Below are positions 35,401-46,774 of a stretch of DNA of 64,000 bases, piece by piece. This DNA is from Sphyrna mokarran (lineage: Eukaryota): positions 91,264,001-91,328,000 of the forward strand of contig JAGIQG010000008.1 of NCBI GenBank assembly GCA_024679065.1. The letters run 5' to 3'. The notes under the pieces are model-generated. The model ran no database searches and had not been told where the DNA came from. It was given only the letters and a program-made list of their open reading frames with translations. A program made the translations under genes and the position numbers. Every line of letters begins with the position of its first letter. The stretch's first letter is position 1.

Positions 35401-36559
35401 GAGGACATTAGTGAGAGAGCTGGATCATGAGGATGTGTGATTAGAAGGTTAGCTTAGAGTCAAATGTGATACTGGCTGAGAATGGCCTTGTTCAGTCTCA
35501 GACAGTTGCTAAGGAGATGGTTGGAATTGTGATGGTGAGCCTGGATTGTAGAGGAGACTGAAAACAGTGGGGTGATTTTTATGACCCCCCCACTTAGCAC
35601 AACTGAAAATCCCACTGTGGCTGGAAACTCTTGAGATCTTCCTAAATGCCCACCTCTAGTGAGGACATGAACTAGATCACCATATGTTAATATTAAAAAT
35701 TGACATAATGCTGTATCTTTCAAGAATACCAGTAAGTGTTATGACATGCCAACGGAATTCACTTCAGAAATCAGACATGGCTCAGAGGCCAGTGTAGCCT
35801 CCAGGTGGACAAGGACATAGTCTGGCATTCTTTGGAGCAAATTTCCATTCATCCAGTACAGAATGTCAGAGAAGCAGTGTGACAATTTAAGAAATAGCGA
35901 AGGAGTTGAGAGAGGTAGTGCTGAGGTAGAGCTGAAATTTGTTGGCTGCACATGCAAACTGATGCTTTGTTCTTAGGTGATACCGCTGATGGGAAGAAAG
36001 TGGATGATAAATAGGAGGGACTGAGATCGAGCCTTGGGGAACACCCAGAGGTAACAGTGCAGAAAGGGGAAGAGAAGCCACTGGGGATTACATAGCTGAG
36101 AATAGAACAAGATGGGGAAGTCCCATCCTGCTGGGCAATAATGAAGGAGGACATTGTGGTCAACAGCATCAGAGCCTGCAAACAGCTGGAGAAGGAAGAG
36201 GAGGGAGGATTCACAGTCATACTGGATGTTACTTGTGACTTTGATAAATTCAGTATTGTGGCAGGGTGGAAATTTGATCAGAGGGATTCAAACATAGCAT
36301 TCTGGGAATGATGGGAATAGATTTAGGAAGAGACAGCACGTTCAAGGATTTTGGGGAGGAATCTAGGCTGGACATGAGACAGTAATTTGCAATGAAGTCC
36401 TGCACTGTTTTCCCAATGAGATGAGTGAGGACAACACTTCTGATGGGGAGGAAGACAGTACCCAAGAGGAGAGAACTCTTAACCATTATCAGCCAACATG
36501 GGAGCGAGAAGGGGAAGTTTGGTAGTCAGTAGAATAGTGGAATAGTCGAGGGAGCATGA

Positions 36560-37055
36560 ATTTGATTTATTATTCTTACATATATTGGAATGCAATGGAA
36601 AAATATTATTTCTTGCACACTATACAAACCAAATCTACTGTTCATAGAGTGCTTCAGGGAGAATGAAAGAAGAGACTGCACAATATAGTGTTACATTCAT
36701 AGCTAGTGGGTAGAGGAAGATCATAATATATAATAGGTCCATTCAGAAGTCTAAGGGCACAGGGAAGAAACAGTTCTTGAGTCAATTGATCTCAGATATT
36801 TGTATCTCAGATATTTGTATCTGTTTCCTGACAGAAGGTATGTCCGGGGGTGCGTGGATTCTTGATTATGCTGGCTGCTTTTCCGAAGCAGTGGGAGGTG
36901 TAGACAGAATCAATGGATAGGAGGATGGTTGCGCGATGAACTGGGCCACGTTCACGACCCTTCGTAATTTCTTGCAGTCTTAGTTAAAAGAAGAGCCATA
37001 CCAACTTGTGATACATCCAGAAACGTTGCTTTCTATGGTGCATCTGTAAAAATTG
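36560..37055 (-). mobile_element. Rex1/Babar-type LINE 3' fragment
   Basis: Reverse complement resembles 38050-38540; internal 15-bp tandem duplication ATCTCAGATATTTGT. Confidence 0.85.
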
Positions 37056-37134
37056 GTGGGGGATCTAATGGACAAGTTGAGCTTTGACCAGGCATGAAGA
37101 TAGGAGAGAAGTAAGTTCAGGACTAGTCGGACCA

Positions 37135-38540
37135 ACTTCTTGGCCAACCTTCAACCTCTCTTACAACAATCTGAAATCCTTACTTGCTACTCAGGAAGAC
37201 CACCATCATTCTGGTACCAAAGAAAAGTCAGACACTGCGTCTTAATGAATATTCTTCAGTGGCTCTGATATCCATCATGATGAAGTGCTTTGAAAGATTA
37301 GTCATGACACAAATCAATTCCAGTCTCCCAGATTGCCTAGATTCACTACAGTTTGCCTACCGCCACAACAGGTCCACAGCAGACATCATATCCCTGGCCC
37401 TGCATTCAACCCTGGAAAACCTAGATAACAAACACACCTACGTCAGATTCTTATTTATCGACTACAACTCAGCCTTCAACATATTATTCCTCCGGAACTC
37501 ATCTCCAAACTCCATGGCCTGGGCCTTGGCACCTCCTGGATCCTGGACTTCCTAACTCACAGACCACTATCAGTAAGAATAGGCAATAACACCTCCTCCA
37601 CAATAATTCTCAGCTCCAGTGTCCCACATGGCTGTGTTCTTAGCTCCCAATTATATTCCTTATATATCTATAACTGTGTGGCCAAATTCCCTTCCAATTC
37701 AATTTTCAAATTCGCTGATGATATCACCATAGCGGATCTCAAGCAATGATAAAACCAAGTACAGGAATGAGATAGAGAATCTAGTGAACTGGGGCAACAA
37801 CAATAATCTCTCCTTCAATGTCAACAAAACGAAGGAAGGCGTCATCGACTTCATGAAGTGTAGTGGAGGACGTGCCCCTGTCTACATCAATGGGGATGAA
37901 GTAGAAATGGTGGTGATCTTCAGGTTTTTAGGTGTCCAGATCACCAATAAACTGTTCTGGTCCCCCTCATGCTGACACTGTAGTTAAGAAAGCCCACCAA
38001 CTCCTCTACTTTCTCAGAAGACTAAGGAAATTTGGCATGTGTGCTACAACTCAGCAACTTTTACAGGTGCACCAAAGAAAGCATTCTTTCTGGTTCTTTC
38101 ACAGCTTTGTATGGCTCCTGCTCTATCCAAGACTGCAAGAAACTACAAAAGGTTGTGAGTAAAGCTCAGTCCATCACTCAAGCTAGCCTCCCAGCCACTG
38201 ACAATGCCTATACTTCCTACTGCCTCAGAAAAGCAGCCAGCATAATCAAGGACCCCAGGCACCCCGGACATACTCTTTTTCCATTGGGGAAAAAGTTACA
38301 AAAGATGTGTCTGAGGGCATGTACCAACCATCTCAAGAATGGCTTCTTCCCTGCTGCCATCAGACTTTTGAATGGACCTACTTCGCATTAAATTGATTTT
38401 TCTCTACACCTTAGCTATGACTGTAATGCTACATTCTGCACTCTCTCCTTCACTATGTATGGTATGCTTAGTTTGTATAACATGCAAGAAATAATACTTT
38501 TCGCTGTATATTAATACATGTGACAATAAATCAAATCAAA
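37135..38540 (+). pseudogene. Rex1/Babar-clade LINE, 5'-truncated, frameshifted reverse transcriptase
   Basis: IILVPKK...VALISIMMKCFERLV...LQFAYRHNRSTAD...[15 protein letters not shown]; also KFADD, NVNKTKE, KKAHQLLYFLRRLRKF; tail TGTGACAATAAATCAAATCAAA. Confidence 0.92.
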
Positions 38541-39117
38541 CCAAGGGCAAGAGGAATCTGGGAAGAAGTTTGGGGCTGGTGGGCTCGGGGAAAGGAGAGA
38601 AGCAGTACAGGCAACTAAATAGATGTTTTCTGTATATGGATTGGAGTTTAATGGAAAAATAAATTTGAAGAGGAAAGGAGAGCAATAAACTGGAAGGAGA
38701 GAGAGCATGATGGAGGTAGTAATCAAAGGAAAATTTGTTCATGCAGTAACTGAGGGAACAAAACAGTGGAGATAGCATGATGAGAAAATTTTCATTGCTT
38801 TTGGGAAAGCAGTCAAGAATGAAAATTTTAAATAAGAAGGGAAAGAAAGGAATAAGTGAAATGCTGAAAGAAGGAGAACCTACAAAGTAATAGGGGAAAG
38901 ACCAATTCTGTGATTTGGTGATAAGAGCCACATCAATCACCCTAATGCTTTGGGTGGGGCAAGTGATGGAAGACCTAGGCAGATAAGGTAGTTTCAATTA
39001 GGGAAAAGTGTCATCTGCCCTTAGCCAGATTTCCGTCAGAGCCATGATGTCAACACAATCACTGTAAACCCATGAATGGCAAGGACCTCGTTCAGAATCC
39101 TTTGCATAAATTATTGT

Positions 39118-39470
39118 AGTGGCCTAATGATATTATCGCTGGACTATTAATCCAGAAACTCAGCGAATGCTCTGGGGAACCAGGTTCAAATCCTGCCATT
39201 GCAGATGATAGAATTTGAATTCAATAAAAAAATCTGGAATTAAGAATCCACTGATGACCATGAAACCATTGTGGATTGTTGGAAAAACCCATCTGATTCA
39301 CTAATGTCCTTTCAGGAAGGAAATCTGCCATTCTTATCTGATCTGGCCTACATACAACTCCAGAGCCACAAGAATGTCATTGATTCTCAACTGCCCTGGG
39401 CAATTGGAGATGGGCAATAAATGCTGGCCAGCCAGCGACATCCATGTCCAATGAATGAATAATATAAAAA
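39118..39470 (+). mobile_element. tRNA-headed SINE family B
   Basis: TGGCCTAATGA A box, GGTTCAAATCC B box, tail GATGGGCAATAAATGCTGGCC...ATGAATGAATAA. Confidence 0.9.
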
Positions 39471-40125
39471 AAACTCTGCCTTTACATTTGTATTATTTAT
39501 CTTGATCTGTTACTAATTCACTGAGCTACGCAAATAATCCTTAATAATTAATACTCTTCTCGACATTGCAAAAACTTTTATTGGATCCTTTCCTTTCTGT
39601 ACCTCCAGGGAGTACAGCCGTTATTCTCAAGTCTCCCATAATTATATATTTGAATCCCTTGCAATAGTCTAATTAGTTTAATTTGTACCTTTTCCACATC
39701 CTCTTTATACTCACAACTCCACCCAGTTCAGCATCTCTGATTTTTTTTCATCATCACCACCTGCTTTTCTTTTCAATGACTTTATACAAAAACTTAGCAA
39801 TCCTGGTATGTTGTTACTACCACTTTTTGGCAAGTAACCTGATGGAGAAGGACTCTAATTACAGCTCCATGTCTCCCCTTTCATTTTATATACAGAAGGA
39901 CGCAAGGGCCTTGATTTCTTTAGCTTATTTGGACAAGTTATTTTAAACTGGCAAACCTAAGCAAATCAAACAATAATTATGACAGTCATTCATTAAACAC
40001 TTCCTGTTTACATTATTAAGTTATTTTTTCTTCCTTTTTAGTTATCATGCCTCAGCCACTGTTACTCTATTTCTGACAACTAAGACTCATTAGGAGTATA
40101 ACAATGATTTAAGGAGACATTTTGA

Positions 40126-40418
40126 GATTCAAGATGGCGCCAGAGCATGGCAACTTCTTGTGAGCTGTCCCTAGTATGCCCTCTAATTCTATCCTTTATT
40201 CTTATTCTATGCTTTTAAAACTCTACTCTAACCCTTCAAAGCTAATACATTCTGCACCCTGTTCTTTTCTTCTTCCTTACATTCTCTATGTATGGTATGT
40301 TTTATCTGCATAGCGCACAAGAAACAATACTTTTCACTCTGTACTGATACAATTTGTAGTATGCACTACACTGTATACTACACAATGCACAGTATAGTGA
40401 CAATAATAAATCAAATCA
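40126..40418 (+). mobile_element. Short bipartite Rex1-derived element (putative 5' end fused to 3' UTR)
   Basis: Begins GATTCAAGATGGCGCC (YY1-type motif); from ~40247 it matches the Rex1 3' UTR (TACATTCTGCAC...AAGAAACAATACTTTTCAC...GTGACAATAATAAATCAAATC). Confidence 0.6.
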
Positions 40419-40578
40419 GAAATCATTTCCACTTAGCACCATTCCCCAGATAACCTCATTAGGTTTAGCACATCACCATATGGAGCACAGTATGTGTAAA
40501 CTTGTAATCCATGCTGCCGTATGTTGCTTGTATTCCACGTGACTGGATTGCCTCAAAATTTGTCTGCTTCATTTATTC

Positions 40579-40648
40579 CACACACACCACCACCACCACC
40601 ACCCCCACCCCCCCCCCCCCCCCCCGCCGCGTGCGCGTGCGCGCGTGG
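40579..40648. repeat. (CAC)n/poly-C tract followed by an alternating GC/GT tract
   Basis: CACCACCACC..., a long C run, then GCCGCGTGCGCGTGCGCGCGTG. Confidence 0.85.
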
Positions 40649-41663
40649 CCTATTCTTAAGCGTTGACCAGAAGGATCTCCAGTAATTGCTTTGCCATTTC
40701 AGGGTATAATTTCCCTTCATGCCCCGGAAGGTTCTTGTCCTGTTTCAATGTTCCTTACCAGCGGGATTAAAAATTCATTGATTCATTTAAGTTTCATTCA
40801 TTGATTCATTTAAGTATGAGTGAATACATTTGATTAATTATTTCCATCATAAATGTATAATTGCAACGAAAGGTCATAACTAAAAAGCCATCACTCTCTG
40901 GTATAATATGTTGAGACCACCCCAGCACAGTTGTTCCAAGTTGAACAGTGAGGCTTTACAAATATCTCTAAAATCAAAGTAATAAGAATGTTTTTCCAGC
41001 TGTACTGTAGCAATTGAGCACATTTTTGACTGAGCAAAATAACTGCCCATATGATACCACAGGAGAAATAATTCAGAAACAAAACAAAAAAGTCCATTTG
41101 ACTTACCACAAACGATGGAAAATGCATAGCAGTAATCCCAGTAATTGTGATCAGTGGACGTCAGCAGCTGCTTGCAATGGAGGGAATGTGATTTCAAAGG
41201 TTAGAAAAAGAAAGCAAATCATTTAAAATCATACAACACAGAAGGGGGCATTCAGCTACCCATCATGCCTACATTGACTATCTGAATTAGTTCCATAGCT
41301 AGATTTATCCCACATTGCTGCAGATCAGTTCTTCTCAAATACAAATTTCATTGCTATTTAAACGCTCTGATTCCAATTCCACCATTCTTTCAGGTAGTGC
41401 ATTAACTCTGTGGTAAATATTCTCCTTCATTTATGTTTAGTTCTTTTGCTAATTACTATAATTTTATTGCCTCTAGTTACTGACTGAAGGAAATAATTTC
41501 TCTTTACCTGCTCTATCAAAAACCTTCATAATTCTGAATAACTTTATTTGGTCTCCCTTTCTCCTTCTCTGTTAGTTTGGCTAAGATCAAGCCAAAGATG
41601 GGACACAATACCTTACCTTGTCAGCTTGGATCTTGTTTGTCTCTCTTGTGGGGACCATGAAGT

Positions 41664-41975
41664 GAATCATAGAATCCTATAGTGCAGAAGGAGGCCATTC
41701 AACCCATCTTCTCTGCACTGACCACAATCCCACCTAGGCCCTATCCCATGACCCAAAGCATTTACACTAACTAGTCCCCTTGATACTAAGGGGCAATTTA
41801 GCATGGCCAATTCATCTAACCTACACATCTTTGGACTATGTGAGGAAACCAGAGCACCAAGAGGAAACCCACGCAGACATAGGGAGAATGTGCAAACTCC
41901 AAACAGATGATGACCCAAGCCGGGAATTGAACCTGGGTCCCTGGTGCTGTGAGGCAGCAATTACTGTGCTACCAT
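41664..41975 (-). mobile_element. HE1-type V-SINE (CR1 tail)
   Basis: CATAGAATCCTATAGTGCAGAAGGAGGCC...CTGGTGCTGTGAGGCAGC. Confidence 0.9.
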
Positions 41976-42030
41976 AATTCCAATTGAATTTTGAATTTGA
42001 TTTTTGGAGCAGGCAACAAATGGATTTGGG

Positions 42031-42293
42031 TTTTTTTAATTCATTCATGGGACTGGAGGTGTCACTACGTGGGATAGATTTATTGCTCATCCCCAAGGGC
42101 ATTTTTCAAAAGTCAACCATAATTCCCTAAAGGGTTTTCACAACAATCAACAATGGCTTCAAGATCATCATTAGAGTTTTAATTCTAGATTTTTTTTTAT
42201 TGAATTCAAATTTCACCACCTACTATGGTGGGACTTGAACTCTAAGTCTCTGGACTCTTAGTCTAGTGACAATATCACTAGGCCATCACCTCC
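42031..42293 (-). mobile_element. tRNA-headed SINE family B (degraded)
   Basis: TTATTGAATTCAAATTTCACC...CACTAGGCCATCACCTCC. Confidence 0.75.
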
Positions 42294-42461
42294 TTTTTGA
42301 GTATTGGCTTTGTAACTTTAAGGAAGGAGTAAAACAATTTTAAAAAAGAAAATTTCCAAACTTCTCCAACCTATCCACATAATTGAAGACTCTTATCCAG
42401 GTAAACTTCCAGGCATTCTCTGCATGTTTAAGCATCCTTCCTAAAATGTCGTGCACAGATT

Positions 42462-42640
42462 TCTTTTTTATTCATTCGTGAGACATGGGCATCACTGGCT
42501 GGCCAGCATTTATTGCCCATCTCTAGTTGCTTGAGGGCAGTTGAGAGCCAACCATATTGCTGTGGCTTTGGAGTCACATGTAGGCCAGACTGGGTAAGGA
42601 TTTTCTTTCTTGAAGGACATTAGTGAAACAGACGTGTCTG
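42462..42640 (-). mobile_element. SINE family B 3' half
   Basis: GGCTGGCCAGCATTTATTGCCCATC...AAGGACATTAGTGAA. Confidence 0.85.
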
Positions 42641-42921
42641 ACCATTTCAACCATCCGCCTTCTCCTAAAGTCTACTATTTCCTCCTCGCTATTTACTCAC
42701 TACATTATCAAGACTTGTATCATCTGCAATCTTCAAAATTGTACTTCTTACACCCAAGTCGAGATCATTTATAAACTTACATATATTTATTTTGTATTAG
42801 TTTTCCTTTTGATGTGATCTGTGATTTAGCAAAAAAGGACACCTCAGAACTATAATCAGTTCAAAGTTTAAGTGTAAGAATATGGAAAAGTCTCCTTTGA
42901 AATGGTGCACAATATCACTAG

Positions 42922-43208
42922 TGGCATGATGGCACAGTGATAAGCACTGCTGCTTCACAGCACAGGGACCAGAATTCGATTCCTGGCTTGGGCCACTGTC
43001 TGTGTGGAGTTTGCACATTCTCCCCATGTCTGCATGGGTTTCCTCCTAGTGCTCCAGTTTCCTCTCTCGGTCCAAAAGACATGCTAGTTAGATGCATTGG
43101 TCCTGCTAAATTGCCAAACAGGCGCCAGAGTGTGGAGATTAGAGGATTTTCACAGTGACTTCATTATAGTGTACTGTAAGCCTACTTGAGACACTAATAA
43201 ACTTTAAA
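42922..43208 (+). mobile_element. HE1-headed SINE, alternative tail
   Basis: Tail AACAGGCGCCAGAGTGTGG...GTAAGCCTACTTGAGACACTAATAAACTTTAAA. Confidence 0.88.
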
Positions 43209-43894
43209 CATTTCCTGTAGATACTGCATTTTCTACTACTTCATTGGTCACAGATAGTCTTGAATACAACATTTTTTCAGAGCATTGTTTAACAGCAATA
43301 GCCATGTCACTTAACTCCAATTCTTTATGTTACTTTAGCTCAGATAGATTTAAGAACATATTTTCCAGAGCAAGATCAGAGCTAAAAAATGAATTCTATT
43401 AACAGCTGCATTGAGTAATCCCAATGAAAAAGTGATTATGGATGCTTTGCAGAGTTTAACCCTGATCTTGGACCAAGAAATGTGTTTTGGAATTCATATG
43501 CCTTTTAAATGTTTGTGATGAACTAGGGATGCGCTACAGTACCTTCTGGATACTTCCTCTGCTATCCAATACTTTCCAAGGCATTTTTTTCATGGATTCT
43601 TAGATAACCCTTTATTTATGCATTGAGTAATAGTGTCCATTTGAATCCAATATTATTTGTTCTAATAAACCAGTCAGTGCACTAATTTTTCACCTAGTGC
43701 TAAATCTGCTGGATAGATTATGAGGAAAGGATAGAATAACTGCATAAGTGGATTCAAGAGGAAATATCTTTTTGTACATTGAGACATGAGATGTCAGATG
43801 TCAGTCTAACAATGAATTTAATCCTTCAATCATTTTACTATTCCAATTGACATATAGTTGAAGCATAAGAGGAAGTAAATGAGAACACAGAGGC

Positions 43895-44135
43895 TCAGAA
43901 TCACAGAATACTACAATGCAGAAGAGATCCTTCAGCTCAACAAGTCTGCAGACACATGAAAGGCCCTGACCTATCCATCCAATCTCACTTGCCAGCACTT
44001 GGCCCATAGCCTTGAACATTATGGCATGCCAGGTACTCATCCAGGTACTGTTTAAGAGATGTGAGGCATCCCACCTCCCAGGCAGTGCATTCTAGACCAT
44101 CACCAGCCTCTGATAAAAGCATTTTTCCTCAACTC
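43895..44135 (-). mobile_element. CR1 3' end
   Basis: CAGCACTTGGCCCATAGCCTTG and CCAGGCAGTGCATTCTAGACC. Confidence 0.8.
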
Positions 44136-44628
44136 CCCAATGACTTTCACACAAAAATGGAACGCTGACTTGAACCTATACTTCTGCTCCCTTACATACT
44201 GGTGAAATAGTTCCAATTATTTGTTCGACAGGGAATTTCAAATCTTTAGAGCTTTTTCATTGCCTTTTTGATCTTAAATCTTTAAAATCGATCATAATGA
44301 TTAAAACAGGTCAAAATGTGGATTTTATAGCAAAGACCATAGGGAAAACATATTGACTGTGTTTAATAATCTCATTGATGGCTGAACAAGAGGGGATTTT
44401 CAGTGCTTTATGTGACAATTGTACATGATCATCCCATTATGATATTAACTATTCGTGTGATACTGAAAACTATAGCATGACATGGCAGATACTGGGTCAA
44501 ATTTCATTATAGCATTGCCAATTTTCCTTGGTTGAATTAATTTTGACACCACTTTGGGCTATTTTCAGGCAGTGTAAGGACAGGTATTAGCAACAGGTGA
44601 TCTCACTCTTCACTAGGAATAAAACATA

Positions 44629-44904
44629 GTTTAAAGTTTTTTAGTGCCACAAGGAGGCTGACAGAAAGTTACTGTGAAAATCCCCTAGTTGCCACACATT
44701 GGCGTCTGTTCGGATACACAGTGAGAATTTAGCATGGCCAGGACGTCTCTCTCGGGCTGTGGGAGAAAACTGAAGCTCTCAGAGCAAACCCACACAGATA
44801 TGGGGTGAATGTGCAAATCCATGCAGACAGTGACATAAGCCGGGCATCGAACCCAAGCCTTTGGTGCTGTGAGGCAGCAGTGCTAACCAGTGTGCCACTG
44901 TGCC
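44629..44904 (-). mobile_element. HE1-headed SINE, alternative tail
   Basis: GTTACTGTGAAAATCCCCTAGTTGCCACAC...GCTGTGAGGCAGCAGTGCTAACC. Confidence 0.85.
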
Positions 44905-45324
44905 ATCTAAACTGTCCAGTTCATAACAGTGGAGTTTGGTTTTCCTTGTTGTGTGTATTTGCATCTTGCTGTTATTCCAAGTGCTGCTGTTTATCATTTT
45001 GTGAGCTATTAGTGCCAGTGTTCACCACCTCATACTTTGAAAACAGGGATGTGGCATAGAACCATTGTCTAGTTGTATTTAAAGCAAACCATATTTATCT
45101 GTAGCGAGATGTATAAAAGATGGTTGAAAGTAATTCATTTCTGATGGGCTGCCTGAGCAATATTTCAAAGTGATCAAAGTCCATCCTACATTTCAATAAG
45201 TTTTATCATCTGCTAAAACAATAAGATGTTGTGCTTAAACACTGTTCAAAAGCAATAATAATTTTACTGTATCTCCAAATGTAACAGCTATTGGATAATT
45301 GTTCCTCAATATGCCACAATTTTC

Positions 45325-45555
45325 TCCTAGGTTGATAAGAGCAGCAGATACGTGGGAAAACCACCACCTACATGTTCTCTTGCAATCCGTACATCATCCT
45401 TACTTGGAAATATATCGCCATTTCTTCAGTTTCGCTTGGTCAATATCCTGGAATTCCCCCCCCTACCAGCACTGTGGGTGCAGCTACACCACATGTCCTG
45501 CAGCAGTTCAAGAAAGCAGCTCATCATCCATCACCACCTATTCAAGGGCAAATAA
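45325..45555 (+). mobile_element. CR1-group LINE family 2, 3' end
   Basis: Similar to 60950-61200 (GCAGCAGAT...CTTGGAAATATA...GCAGTTCAAGAA...GCTCA). Confidence 0.75.
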
Positions 45556-45758
45556 GTCTCTTGCCAAGTTATTCAGAACTATTGAGGTAACTTTAAAATA
45601 AAAACACTGCATAAGTAGCATAGCAATTTTGTTTAACATAATTTGGTTAGAAACTAGGCAACAGAAAGGCTGAAAAATTCTTTTTAAATAATACAGACAA
45701 AACCACATGATTACTAATGACGTTTCAGATATATGTTTTGGTGGTTTAATGTAAATTG

Positions 45759-46040
45759 AAGTTTATTTCTTAGTGTTACAAGTAGGTTTACATTAACACT
45801 GCAATGAAGTTATTGTGAAAATCCCCTAATTGCCACAATTTGGTACCTGTTCAGATACATTGAGGGAGAATTTAGCATGGCCAATGCACCTAATCAGCAC
45901 GTGTCTCAGACTGTAGGAGAAAACCAAAGCACCCAAAAGAAACTCATGCAGACTCTGTACAGACAGTGATCCAAGCTGGGAATCAAACCCAGGTCCCTGG
46001 GGCTGTGAGTCTGCAGTGCTAACCACTGTGCCACCATGCC
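45759..46040 (-). mobile_element. HE1-headed SINE, alternative tail
   Basis: TTAGTGTTACAAGTAGGTTTACATTAACACTGCAATGAAGTT...AACCACTGTGCCACCATGCC. Confidence 0.88.
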
Positions 46041-46057
46041 TGATTTTGGCATGATAC

Positions 46058-46112
46058 CAGTGCTGGTAGGGGGGGAATTCCAGGATATTGACCAAGCGAA
46101 ACTGAAGGAATG
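46058..46112 (-). repeat. Near-perfect inverted copy of 45419-45474
   Basis: CAGTGCTGGTA(G7)AATTCCAGGATATTGACCAAGCGAAACTGAAGGAATG compared with the reverse complement of 45419-45474: one substitution and one homopolymer indel. Confidence 0.9.
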
Positions 46113-46209
46113 TAATGATCTACTTTTGCATTTTGCCAGTGAGTAATTCACCCTCTGCCTTCACATAGCCACCGGTATCTGAAAATGAACTACATCAGTT
46201 GTGTGCACA

Positions 46210-46325
46210 AGAAAAAAAATGACTTGCAATTCTGTAGCCCCTTTCATGACATTAGTCTTTCCCAGAGCACTGTATAGCCAATGAAGCACATTGAAAGTGC
46301 TGTTGTGTTGTAGGAGACATGATTG
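46210..46325 (-). mobile_element. DeuSINE-like 3' tail fragment
   Basis: GACTTGCAATTCTGTAGCCCCTTTCATGAC...AGCCAATGAAG. Confidence 0.55.
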
Positions 46326-46774
46326 TGTTGGTGATCTGCTTGAGGATTACAAAATGACTTAACCAGCTCCAACTTCGTTATTCTGCAATGGTCTATTTAA
46401 AAAATGCACAAGTAATGTCAGCTCACAAACATTGCAACATAGCCAATGGTGTCAGTGCATCTGATGAGATGTTTTATTTACAATTTTAGTTTTAAAATGA
46501 AGAAATGTTTTTAAAAAATTCTTATAGTCTGGGTCAGTTATGGCCCTGGCACTCTAGGATTGTCCTTCTTTCTCTTGACTGGCACTACTGTAGAGAAGAG
46601 CCTCTGATTGGCTGGTAGCTGTTACTGGGTAGAACTTGATTTTAGAGGAAGGTTGCTCTGTGGTTCAACTAGCCTTCCTGAAAAGAAGAATTGCGGTCTC
46701 TCAATGGCTCTCCAGGTGACTCCACAATGCTTCAACAAGATTCCGCTCAAAATGCCTGGAAAATGAATATAAAT

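Larger units (their letters stand above)
34690..39110 (-). mobile_element. Decayed L2-clade LINE ORF2 (endonuclease to tail) with nested CR1, SINE and two Rex1 insertions
   Basis: Reverse translation gives DIMALTEIWL (~39020-39055, APE motif), LLFLLQLFAGSDAVDH (~36150-36205, decayed LDLSAAFDTVDH) and GVPQGS (~36030-36050). L2 sequence resumes at 37060-37130 and 38541. Confidence 0.75.
41576..42330 (+). mobile_element. Candidate U2-snRNA-headed short element (pieces 41576-41663, ~41976-42030, ~42295-42330)
   Basis: TTTGGCTAAGATCAAG is identical to U2 snRNA nt 16-31 and is followed by a non-U2, non-CR1 body interrupted by two SINEs. Confidence 0.5.
41225..42460 (-). mobile_element. Old CR1 3' fragment hosting a U2-headed element and two SINEs
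   Basis: CR1 antisense motifs at 41225-41573 (AAAACCTTCATAATTCTGAA) resume near 42350 (CTTCTCCAACCTATCCACATAA). Confidence 0.6.

Noticed and set aside
37184-38391. Active reverse transcriptase gene
   Set aside because: 5'-truncated and broken across several frames; a dead Rex1 copy.
36560-38540. Twin-priming inversion of a single Rex1
   Set aside because: Both copies have their own 3' tail and L2 host sequence lies between them, so these are two insertions.
40784-40825. Short tandem duplication TTCATTGATTCATTTAAGT (similar ones near 36789, 52731 and 55895)
   Set aside because: Ordinary slippage-type duplications with no further structure.
41576-41591. Functional U2 snRNA gene
   Set aside because: Only 16 nt match; the branch-point recognition sequence, Sm site and 3' stems are absent.
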